This document shows, piece after piece, positions 1 through 10,241 of a DNA stretch of 64,000 nt. Below the pieces are notes generated by a model. That model searched no databases and was not told the origin of the DNA. It saw only the letters and a program-made list of their open reading frames with translations. The first letter of the stretch is position 1. Every line of letters starts with the position of its first letter. The translations under genes and the position numbers were made by a program. Origin of the DNA: Patescibacteria group bacterium (lineage in GTDB: Bacteria > Patescibacteriota > Microgenomatia > UBA1400 > UBA1449); the NCBI GenBank assembly GCA_050942955.1, contig JBMNOG010000001.1, positions 68,347-132,346 on the forward strand, read 5' to 3'.

Positions 1-593
1 TTCACATCGCCAAATCCAATACCCTTCCCCTGGGTAATAAGATACAGGAATAGAAAAAAGGCAAAGAGAACTACGCCGGTTAGCAGAAACTCCCATCTAC
101 CCGTTATAAACAGACGGGCAACTGCTGCTACCGAGCCAGCAATAATGAGAGAGTCGGGTAAGATACCGGATTTAATATCAATAATTGCCAGAACAATACT
201 TAAAGAAAAGATAAATAGCCAGAACCCTAAAACCCCTAAGCTGAAAACCCCTTCCATTTGCCTGAAAAAACTCAAACGCTGGATTAGCCAGTAAACCCAG
301 ACAAACTCTAAAGCCGTAAAAAGCTCGATAAGAGGATAGCTAATATTAATTTTTTTACCGCAATGACAGCACTTTCCCCGCAATAACACAAAAGAGAGAA
401 GAGGAATGTTTTCATACCAGGAAAGTTCTTTTTTGCAGTGGTCACAAAACGACCGACCTAAAACCCAGGGAGGCAGCCATGAGACCGGAGAGCTACTAAC
501 TTCCTCTTCGTCTCGGGTCTCGCGGTACACTACGACACTCAAAAAGCTGCCAACTACCATACCGAATACAAACAAAAATAAATACTCAACCAT
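1..593 (-). CDS. pilD: Prepilin peptidase (A24), truncated by the window edge
   Basis: Not in ORF track. Hand translation from ATG at 593: MVEYLFLFVFGMVVGSFLSVVVYR...GRSFCDHCKKELSWYENIPLLSFVLLRGKCCHCGKKI...GFGDV. Zn-binding CxxC pairs and the GxGD motif; lies in the pilus cluster. Confidence 0.9.
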   Translation of the reverse strand, partial: MVEYLFLFVFGMVVGSFLSVVVYRETRDEEEVSSSPVSWLPPWVLGRSFCDHCKKELSWYENIPLLSFVLLRGKCCHCGKKINISYPLIELFTALEFVWVYWLIQRLSFFRQMEGVFSLGVLGFWLFIFSLSIVLAIIDIKSGILPDSLIIAGSVAAVARLFITGRWEFLLTGVVLFAFFLFLYLITQGKGIGFGDV

Positions 594-668
594 ACTGTTA
601 GTATGGTAACAGATTACGCTCTGTTATTCGAGTAGGTCTAGCTACTTTTCGGGTAATCCTTGTAATGA

Positions 669-861
669 TACTGTTCGAGCGAGCGTAGTGAGTCGGGAAC
701 TAATTACACTTCTCGACTTCGCTCGAAGCGTAAAACCTACTTCTCCATGAGGTCGAAGAGTAATGCCGGCTTCTCGACAAGCTCGAAGCATAACCCCACT
801 ACTGTTCGAGTAAACGAAGTACGTCGAGAACTAACGGAAAAAATTCCCCGCAAGCTCGAAG
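669..861. repeat. Cluster of palindromic REP-like units (A and inverted B units) downstream of the GIY-YIG gene
   Basis: A units TACTGTTCGAG..N..GTCG(A/G)GAACTA at 669-702 and 800-833. B units CTTCTCGAC(AA/TTC)GCTCGAAG at 709-728 and 770-788, degenerate at 740-758 and 844-861. Confidence 0.85.
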
Positions 862-896
862 GGTAATAACTGATTCCCAACGAACTCAGCATATAC

Positions 897-1166
897 TTAC
901 CACTCACTTTTCCACTCTCCGCTAATTAACTTCATTTTCTTTTTTCTACTCCAATCTTTAATTTGCCTTTCTCTTTTTCTAGCTCTTTCAAGATTGGTGT
1001 ATTCTTCAAAATATACTAGCTTTTTAAATCCGTGTTTTCTAGTGTATTCAGAACCCTGTCCAGATACATGCTGTTCCATTCTATTAGAAATACACCAGGT
1101 ACAACCCGTGTAGAATGTTCTATCTAGGCATTCAATAATATACACAAACCATTTCCAGTCCGACAT
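897..1166 (-). CDS. GIY-YIG nuclease family protein (UPF0213/YhbQ-like)
   Basis: FVYIIEC..TFYTG..R..QH..G...YT...LVY.E......A..RE.QIK.WSR.KK pattern, 89 aa. Confidence 0.9.
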   Translation of the reverse strand: MSDWKWFVYIIECLDRTFYTGCTWCISNRMEQHVSGQGSEYTRKHGFKKLVYFEEYTNLERARKRERQIKDWSRKKKMKLISGEWKSEW

Positions 1167-1191
1167 ATTTTTATAATACTGTATGTAGTAT

Positions 1192-1280
1192 TACTGTTCG
1201 AGTGGAGCAAAAAGTGTTACAGTTCGAGAGAGCGTAGCGAGTCGAGAACTAGCATAGAACACTTCTCGACAAGCTCGAAG
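1192..1280. repeat. REP-like units upstream of the GIY-YIG gene
   Basis: Partial A unit 1192-1208, full A unit 1218-1251, B unit CTTCTCGACAAGCTCGAAG 1262-1280 (identical to 770-788). Confidence 0.85.
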
Positions 1281-1312
1281 GATAATCTGTCCCTACAAGA
1301 TCCCCTCATACA

Positions 1313-1341
1313 AAAATCCCACACACAAGGTGTGGGATTTT
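1313..1341 (-). terminator. Intrinsic terminator downstream of the pilin gene (probably bidirectional)
   Basis: Perfect 12-bp inverted repeat AAAATCCCACAC-N5-GTGTGGGATTTT, about 20 bp after the pilin stop. Confidence 0.8.
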
Positions 1342-1362
1342 CAAAGTCAAGCAAATCTACGT

Positions 1363-2082
1363 TTACTCTTCAGGAATACAAACAAAACACCACTGCTCAG
1401 GGTCGTCACTTGCCCAAGTTGGTTCAGTTTTAAAATGGTTGGCGCAGGTGTCAACTGTATCATCTGTAGGCTCATAGTGACCATCATCATCATCATCTGC
1501 TACGGTAATGAACTTTAAGCCCATCTCAGGCTGGTTCCAAGTATTTCTAGTTGCTTTAGAAGATGGCACAAAACATACTGTAATAGAAGGATCGTTTTCC
1601 GGCTTAATAATAAACATTTCATCTTCAGGAATTGTATGATCATTACGAAAAGCCCTTCTTTTGGCAAACTGTGGCTTTAATTCTTCTCCTTTGATAAGTA
1701 ATCCATAATCACCAGTAGAATCAATGCTACAACCATCTCCTGTAGCATTGAACCCTGAGGCAGTTGTTAAACCTCCGCTATCTGCTCCACAAATACCAAC
1801 ACCTATCATATCCACTCTACCAAGAAATGAGTCATTCACTGAGGGTACTGCATTACTAAAGTCGGGACTGTTCCATGGAAATGTCTGTGTTGAAGCGTAG
1901 TATCTTTCAAGAGCCGAAAGAATTTGGTTTGCATCAGCTCTTCTGCCTGCATCACGAGTTTTATTGATCTGCTCCAAGGGGTTAAGTGCCGATAGCACAG
2001 CTACAGACAAGATCCCAATGAGTGTAACTACAATCAGAAGTTCAATAAGTGTAAACCCTGAGGATTTTTTTTGGACAGTCAT
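1363..2082 (-). CDS. Type IV pilin-like protein
   Basis: Class III signal KKSSG|FTLIELLIVVTLIGILS, C-terminal Cys residues, own terminator; ATG at 2082 preferred over GTG at 2103. Confidence 0.9.
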   Translation of the reverse strand: MTVQKKSSGFTLIELLIVVTLIGILSVAVLSALNPLEQINKTRDAGRRADANQILSALERYYASTQTFPWNSPDFSNAVPSVNDSFLGRVDMIGVGICGADSGGLTTASGFNATGDGCSIDSTGDYGLLIKGEELKPQFAKRRAFRNDHTIPEDEMFIIKPENDPSITVCFVPSSKATRNTWNQPEMGLKFITVADDDDDGHYEPTDDTVDTCANHFKTEPTWASDDPEQWCFVCIPEE

Positions 2083-2168
2083 AGGCAGAATATTAAATGT
2101 CACAAGTCACTTAAGACCTGTGGATTTAACAAAATAATTTTATAGCTTGCTTTTTTAGTATGCACTAA

Positions 2169-3371
2169 TTAAAACTGTGATGTCAAGTTGTATATCGGCA
2201 CAATAATGGAAATAACCATGATTCCCACTCCGATACCTAAAACTATGATCATAGCCGGCTCGATAGCGCTGGTTAGAGCCTTCAGGGCTAGTAGTGAGTC
2301 TTTGGTAAACTGCTGGGCAATCCTGTCAAGCATATCATCGAGTTTGCCGGTTTCTTCGCCAACATTAATCATCTGCACTACCATTTCCGGGAAAACCCCT
2401 TCCTGGGCAAAACTGACTGCCAGTGTCATCCCTTTTTCCACATTTTTAGCTGAAGAAAGAATGGAGTGTTCATACATGTAGTTGTCTGCCGCTAGTGCTA
2501 CAACATTTAAAGACTCAACAATTGAAACTCCTGACTTTACCAGAAGCGCTAAGGTTCTAATTATGTTTGCTGAGATAATTTTATGCTGCAGTTCACCTAA
2601 ATAGGGGATTTTGAGAATATACTCATCAATCTTTCTTTTCCCTTCTTCAGTACGTAAAAGAGAGATAAGGAAGCCTATACCTGCAACTAATCCAATTAGG
2701 AAAATATACCATTTGCTCCGTATAAACTCAGCAGTTCCAAGCACAATCTCTGTCATAAGAGGCAACTCTGCTTCAAATTCATCATATAAAGAAGAAATTT
2801 TCGGAATTACATAAAAAACCATAATTATGGCCACAACTACCATAGCCATCATGACTATGGCAGGGTAGAGCATAGAGGCCTTGACTTTGGCTTTGAAATC
2901 CCGATCACGTTCCAAGTTTATTGCTAACCGGTTTAGAACCTCATCCAGTACCCCTGCCATCTCTCCTGCTTTAACCAGAGCTAAATAAATCGGGGAAAAA
3001 AAACTGGGATGCTTTGATAGAGCTTTATACAAACTGTCTCCACCTTCAACTGAACTACTGACATCATCAATTACTTCAGCCATAGCCGGCCTGGCGCGTT
3101 TTCGAAGAAGCTGTAAGGCATTTACAATCGGCAAACCCGAACCTATCATTGTGGCCAACTGCCGGGTAAAGATAACGATATCATCACCATTAACCCCAAA
3201 AAATTTAACCAAAAGGCGGTAATTAAAGCTTTTTTTCTGGTCTTTAATTTCAACCACCAAAAGCTTCTTTTCCCGCAAAAGTTTTACGGCCGATTCCTGG
3301 TCTTTGGCTTCAATTAATCCCTGAACTTTGGTGCCGTCATTTTTAACTGCCTTATATTCGAAATGCAACAT
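2169..3371 (-). CDS. pilC: Type IV pilus platform protein PilC (T2SS-F family)
   Basis: FTRQLATMI.SG, AGE.AG.LD..L.RLA, YPAI, VGEETGKLDDML, IEPAMI motifs. Confidence 0.95.
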   Translation of the reverse strand: MLHFEYKAVKNDGTKVQGLIEAKDQESAVKLLREKKLLVVEIKDQKKSFNYRLLVKFFGVNGDDIVIFTRQLATMIGSGLPIVNALQLLRKRARPAMAEVIDDVSSSVEGGDSLYKALSKHPSFFSPIYLALVKAGEMAGVLDEVLNRLAINLERDRDFKAKVKASMLYPAIVMMAMVVVAIIMVFYVIPKISSLYDEFEAELPLMTEIVLGTAEFIRSKWYIFLIGLVAGIGFLISLLRTEEGKRKIDEYILKIPYLGELQHKIISANIIRTLALLVKSGVSIVESLNVVALAADNYMYEHSILSSAKNVEKGMTLAVSFAQEGVFPEMVVQMINVGEETGKLDDMLDRIAQQFTKDSLLALKALTSAIEPAMIIVLGIGVGIMVISIIVPIYNLTSQF

Positions 3372-3432
3372 ACTGATTGGTAGGTATAAATCAGATACTA
3401 CAACTTTTAGTGTATAGTTTCTGATTTAGGTA

Positions 3433-4506
3433 TTAGTTTGCTTTTAATGCTCGCATTAATTCGTTCGGCCGCAAACTCCACATCTGAGCTACTTCAGCAG
3501 AAAGAATTCCCTTATTGATGAGCTCTATCATTGAGTCCTCAAGCGGTTTCATGCCAGCTTCTTTGGATGTCTGGATAATATTATCAATAAGGTGCGTTTT
3601 CCCTTCTCTAATGTTGGTTTTCACCGCAGAGGTACCAAGTAAAATTTCCAGAACAGGTACACGGCCGCCATTAATAGCAGGGAGCAGACGTTGAGACAAA
3701 ACTGCTTCTAAAGCGTTAGCAAGCTGCATTCTGATCTGGTTTTGCTGGTGTGCAGGAAAGACATCAACAATACGGTCAATCGTTTGTGAAGCTGAATTAG
3801 TGTGAAGAGTCGCAAACACAAGGTGTCCGGTTTCAGCAATAGTTAACGCTGAAGAGATTGTTTCGTAGTCACGCATTTCACCGATAAGCACCACATCAGG
3901 GTCTTCACGCAGAACACTCTTAAGAGCCGCTTTCCAGGAGTGACTGTCCTGGCCAATTTCTCTCTGCGATACAATTGACTTTTTGTTTTCGTAGGCATAC
4001 TCGATCGGATCTTCAATAGTTACAATATGCTCAAATCTGGAATTGTTAATTTCTTCAATCATCGCCGCCAGAGTAGATGACTTACCATGTCCGGTAGGGC
4101 CTGTCACTAGTACTAAACCAGACTTCAAAGAGGCTAGGTTGTAACAAATTTTTGGCAGATGAAGTTCTTCAATTGACCGTATTCTTGAGGGAATAAGACG
4201 GAGAGCAGCAGACATAGCTCCACGCTGAATATAGGCGTTTACCCTGAAGCGAGCCTGCTTACCCAGCGCTAACGAGAAGTCAATCTCTTTGTTTTGAACA
4301 AAAAATTCCTTTTGCGTCTGGGTTAACATTTGTGGTACAAGGGTTTGAAGCATTTCAGCGGTAAGAACTTCCGTGCCGGGAATAGGTTTTAAAGTTCCAT
4401 CCACCCTTACCATAGGATAGGCCCCAGCCACCAGATGAAGATCGGAGGAGTTTAACTCAAGGGTTTGCTGCAAAAGGTGTTTAATATCCATATCTTTTTG
4501 TGTCAT
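3433..4506 (-). CDS. pilT: Type IV pilus retraction ATPase PilT
   Basis: GPTGHGKSST, TIEDPIEY, LREDPDVVLIGEMRD, AETGHLVFATLHT. Confidence 0.95.
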   Translation of the reverse strand: MTQKDMDIKHLLQQTLELNSSDLHLVAGAYPMVRVDGTLKPIPGTEVLTAEMLQTLVPQMLTQTQKEFFVQNKEIDFSLALGKQARFRVNAYIQRGAMSAALRLIPSRIRSIEELHLPKICYNLASLKSGLVLVTGPTGHGKSSTLAAMIEEINNSRFEHIVTIEDPIEYAYENKKSIVSQREIGQDSHSWKAALKSVLREDPDVVLIGEMRDYETISSALTIAETGHLVFATLHTNSASQTIDRIVDVFPAHQQNQIRMQLANALEAVLSQRLLPAINGGRVPVLEILLGTSAVKTNIREGKTHLIDNIIQTSKEAGMKPLEDSMIELINKGILSAEVAQMWSLRPNELMRALKAN

Positions 4507-4599
4507 TGTTTGAAACTATCAAAAGAGATAATCTAAAATCAGCTTCTGTTTGCTTCACTAAATGACATTTTATTAAAAGTAACTGCGTTATCAAAATTT

Positions 4600-6327
4600 C
4601 TAAGTTTTCGCTACACGCATCACTTCTTCTATAGTAGTGATTCCTTCCAAAACTTTCAAATAGCCGTCAAGTTCCATAGTAATCATGCCGTTTTCGATTG
4701 CTGCTTTTTCAATATCCGAACTCGGAGCGTGACTAACAGTAAGCATGCCGATTTTTTCAGTTACTGGCATAACCTCAAAAATACCAACTCTGCCTGAATA
4801 ACCCGTATCATTGCACTGAGAGCAACGTCTTCCCCTGTAAAGTTGAAGGTTGGGGGTATCGTAGTTTTTAAAAAGTGGTCCCAACGATCTACGCATAGAT
4901 TCAACAATTTCTTTCGGTGGGGTAAAACTCTCTTTGCAGTGAGGACAGATCTTCCTAACAACACGCTGACCAACAATACAGTTGATAGCTGAGGCCAGAA
5001 GGAAAGGTTCAACTTCCATATCAATAAGCCTGGGTAAAGCTCCTGCGGCTGAATTTGTATGGAGAGTACTGAACACCAAATGCCCTGTCAGAGAAGCTTG
5101 AATAGCCAACTCAGCTGTCTCACTGTCACGGATCTCTCCAACCATAATAATGTTGGGATCCTGCCGCAAAATTGATCTAAGCCCTGAAGCAAACGTAAGT
5201 CCGGCAACTGGGTTTATCTGCACCTGGTTTACTCCTTCCATTTCATACTCAACCGGGTCTTCAAGAGTAATAATATTTACCTTGGATGAGTTAATGCTAT
5301 GTAGAAGGGAGTAGAGAGTCGTGGTCTTTCCTGAGCCTGTTGGTCCAGTTATTAAGATGACTCCATGAGGGATATGGCTAGCTTCCTCCAGATTTTTAAG
5401 CGCCCGGCCGCGCAGTCCAAGCTCAGCTAATGTGGGAACAGTGCCGCTTTTTTTTAGAAGACGCATAACAATCTTCTCACCATTAGTTGAAGGTAAGGAG
5501 GAAACACGCAAGTCAACTTCATCTTTATCAGCCCTGAAGGTAAACCGTCCATCCTGAGGAATACGTTTTTCATCAATCTTCATTCCGGCTAAAATTTTTA
5601 TACGGGAAATCACTGCATCATGCACATTCTTAGGAAGAACCAATTTTTCATGCAAGATACCATCTATACGGTAGCGTACTCGGGTTTTATCTTCCATAGG
5701 CTCAATATGGATATCTGAAGACAGTGACTTCATAGCAAAGCTTAGAAGAGTGGTAACAATTTTTGCAATTGGAGCTTCACGAATAACATTACTAATTGAT
5801 TGAGCGTCAATAACTCTGGTATTACTCTGGTTAACTTCTCGCACAGCCGCATCTACTTCTGTTGACAAACCCTGGGAATATTTTTCCGCAATGGCAGTTT
5901 TAATATCTTCAGCAACTCCAAAAGCCGGGACTACCTGACACTTTGACTTATTCTCCAGAAAGTCCAGAGTAGCAATGTCCACCGGATTCTCCATGGCCAC
6001 AAAAAGCTTTTTTTCTGCCGGGTTATAATCATAGGGGAAAACTACAAAACGTTGAGCAACAGTCTGGGGAATAAGCGTAAGCGCCTGAGGATTGGAGCCG
6101 GTTTGACGGATATCAACAAATGGAATTTGATAGTACTCTGACTTGGCTAAAACTAGATTACGAGGATCAACCAAACCTCTATCAAGGATTATTGCCTCTT
6201 GGTCTTTGCCGGTATTAACTTGTTCAGTCTTAATAAGGTCATAGACCTGCTGGTTAATTACCTGCTTTTTAAGCAGGATATCGGCAATTGTCTGGTTAGC
6301 AATATTTTGGGCAGGTTGGTCGGGCAT
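4600..6327 (-). CDS. pilB: Type IV pilus assembly ATPase PilB (GspE/PulE family)
   Basis: GPTGSGKTTT, LRQDPNIIMVGEIRD, tetracysteine CPHC..CSQC. Confidence 0.95.
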   Translation of the reverse strand: MPDQPAQNIANQTIADILLKKQVINQQVYDLIKTEQVNTGKDQEAIILDRGLVDPRNLVLAKSEYYQIPFVDIRQTGSNPQALTLIPQTVAQRFVVFPYDYNPAEKKLFVAMENPVDIATLDFLENKSKCQVVPAFGVAEDIKTAIAEKYSQGLSTEVDAAVREVNQSNTRVIDAQSISNVIREAPIAKIVTTLLSFAMKSLSSDIHIEPMEDKTRVRYRIDGILHEKLVLPKNVHDAVISRIKILAGMKIDEKRIPQDGRFTFRADKDEVDLRVSSLPSTNGEKIVMRLLKKSGTVPTLAELGLRGRALKNLEEASHIPHGVILITGPTGSGKTTTLYSLLHSINSSKVNIITLEDPVEYEMEGVNQVQINPVAGLTFASGLRSILRQDPNIIMVGEIRDSETAELAIQASLTGHLVFSTLHTNSAAGALPRLIDMEVEPFLLASAINCIVGQRVVRKICPHCKESFTPPKEIVESMRRSLGPLFKNYDTPNLQLYRGRRCSQCNDTGYSGRVGIFEVMPVTEKIGMLTVSHAPSSDIEKAAIENGMITMELDGYLKVLEGITTIEEVMRVAKT

Positions 6328-6429
6328 AATAAACTCTCTCGTTACAAACCAAGAGCTAGCTTCATTATCCTTTTTTCCATGGTATTATGTCAACACATAC
6401 TCACCCTTAATTTACAGCAAACATTACTC

Positions 6430-7161
6430 ATGCACAGTTTTATTTTAAACCAGTTTGAACCTCAGGAAGCTTTGGAAAAAATAATCGAGTTAACCCAACT
6501 TCCGTTATATCCAAAAGATTTTGGGATTCATCCTGACATTATCATAATTAATCCTAAAATTAATGAAAAAACCACCTCTAAAAAAGCTTCAATAAAAATC
6601 GAAACGGTTAGAAATTTACAAACCTTGCTTTCAAAAAGGCCACTAAGACTTCCTTTGCAGATAGCCGTAATTTGGAACGCAGACACTTTAACCTTGGCCG
6701 CTCAACAATCGTTTTTAAAGCTACTTGAAGAACCTCAGCAGCAAACAAACATTTTCCTTATCACTAATAATTTTAAAAGTCTTTTGCCAACTATTCAGTC
6801 CCGTTGCCAAATAATTAGCGCCATCAAAACACAGTCCTTAAACCCGCTAGACAAATCCATCAGTAAAGAACTGGAAAAACTCAGTCAAATGGGGCCAATT
6901 AAGCGCATGGAGGTATTTGAACAGTATGCAGTTAACAGAGAAAAATCTCTCGAATGGCTCGAAAACACAATAAGAAATCTGCGCCTAAAAATGGTAGAAT
7001 GTAGGGTACAGGGTACACAAAAAAGTTTGGTATTTATCCTCAAAAATGCTCAGATTGCATATAATGATATTAAACGCAGTATCAATATAAAGTTGAGTTT
7101 AGACAATCTAGCTATCACTTGGGATAAGCGTATAGCAAGGCTTGACGCACGTACCGCTTAA
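6430..7161 (+). CDS. holB: DNA polymerase III delta-prime-like subunit (short form)
   Basis: HPDIIII, SIKIETVR, ADTLT.AAQQSFLKLLEEP, LLPTIQSRC; start moved to ATG 6430 to avoid overlap with pilB. Confidence 0.8.
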   Translation: MHSFILNQFEPQEALEKIIELTQLPLYPKDFGIHPDIIIINPKINEKTTSKKASIKIETVRNLQTLLSKRPLRLPLQIAVIWNADTLTLAAQQSFLKLLEEPQQQTNIFLITNNFKSLLPTIQSRCQIISAIKTQSLNPLDKSISKELEKLSQMGPIKRMEVFEQYAVNREKSLEWLENTIRNLRLKMVECRVQGTQKSLVFILKNAQIAYNDIKRSINIKLSLDNLAITWDKRIARLDARTA

Positions 7162-7170
7162 TTGTATCCT
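7142..7170 (+). promoter_or_regulatory. Sigma70-type promoter for gyrB
   Basis: TTGACG-17 bp-TATCCT about 90 bp upstream of the gyrB ATG. Confidence 0.5.
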
Positions 7171-7232
7171 TCGAATAGGTAAACGTTGCGTTTTTAGTTA
7201 TTTTCAAACCATTCAATCCTGCCTAAGGATAG

Positions 7233-9227
<1,995 letters not shown>

Positions 9228-9267
9228 TTTCATTATAATTTAGGGCCCACAAAGCCCAAGGAGGTTT

Positions 9268-9762
9268 ATGGCAGATCAAACCGTACATATCCAAATCGAA
9301 ATTCCAGCTGATTCAGCTATCAAGTATGAAGTTGATGAAGCAAACGGTAGAATTTACGTTGACAGGTTCCTACCAACCCCAATGGCCTATCCCGAAAACT
9401 ATGGCCTTATTGAGGGAACTCATGGTAAAGACGGTGATGCGTTAGATGCTTTAGTTCTAACTGCTAAACCCATGCTTCCAGGAACCTGGATTAAAGCCAA
9501 AGTAATCGGCATGCTGGAAATGGAGGATGAAGAAGGAATTGATTGTAAGCTTATTTGTGTTCCTGAAAAAACAAAGATTGATTACGCTTGCGGAGGCTGG
9601 GAAGATCTTTCAGACATCCCCCAGTACCGCCTGAACAGAATTAAGCACTTTTTTGAACACTATAAAGATCTTGAACCGGAAAAGTGGGTAAAGATCAATA
9701 AATTTGTTGGTAAAGAAGAAGCTTTAAAGGAACTGGAAGAGGGCAGACAGAAAGTAAAGTAA
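9268..9762 (+). CDS. ppa: Inorganic pyrophosphatase, family I
   Basis: IEIP..S.IKYE, YP.NYG, DGDALDALV, MEDEEGIDCK, HFFEHYKDLE. Confidence 0.95.
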   Translation: MADQTVHIQIEIPADSAIKYEVDEANGRIYVDRFLPTPMAYPENYGLIEGTHGKDGDALDALVLTAKPMLPGTWIKAKVIGMLEMEDEEGIDCKLICVPEKTKIDYACGGWEDLSDIPQYRLNRIKHFFEHYKDLEPEKWVKINKFVGKEEALKELEEGRQKVK

Positions 9763-10220
9763 TGGCAATTACAATAACTCAAGCCGGAAACAAAGACAGG
9801 GAAAGATTGCAGGAATTTTACAAAACAGGTGATAGGGATTTTGAAAAGAGTAGAGTAGAGGCGTATACCTCATTCGGCACTACACTTATAGCCCTGGATG
9901 AAGAAAATATTGTCGGAACTCTGCGCTGGCTGCCGCAACGAGAACTGGATAGTGGGGTGGCGGAAATCGGTGGAGTAAATGTTTTAGTTAACTATCAAAA
10001 ACTCGGTGTGGGTTCAGAATTACTTAAAGAGGGAATTAAAAATGTTAAAAATTATTATAAAAACAGAGGTAAAAAAGCAAGAAAAGTATTTGTAATTGTA
10101 GAGAATAGCAACAAAGCTGCCCGAGTATTTTATTCAAAGTTTGGATTTAATAACATTGCAAAACTAAACAACTTGTTTTCAAATAACGAGGAGACAAGTT
10201 TTTATTGTTTAGATTTATAA
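9762..10220 (+). CDS. GNAT family N-acetyltransferase
   Basis: AcCoA motif YQKLGVGSELL and N.AA..FY.KFGF; TAATG overlap with ppa. Confidence 0.85.
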   Translation: MAITITQAGNKDRERLQEFYKTGDRDFEKSRVEAYTSFGTTLIALDEENIVGTLRWLPQRELDSGVAEIGGVNVLVNYQKLGVGSELLKEGIKNVKNYYKNRGKKARKVFVIVENSNKAARVFYSKFGFNNIAKLNNLFSNNEETSFYCLDL

Positions 10221-10241
10221 AACTGTAAAAACATAGAGCAT

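Noticed and set aside
669-1280. CRISPR array
   Set aside because: Units alternate in orientation, vary internally, lack regular unique spacers, and no cas genes are present.
6199-6429. N-terminal extension of holB
   Set aside because: It overlaps pilB on the opposite strand; ATG 6430 is more plausible.
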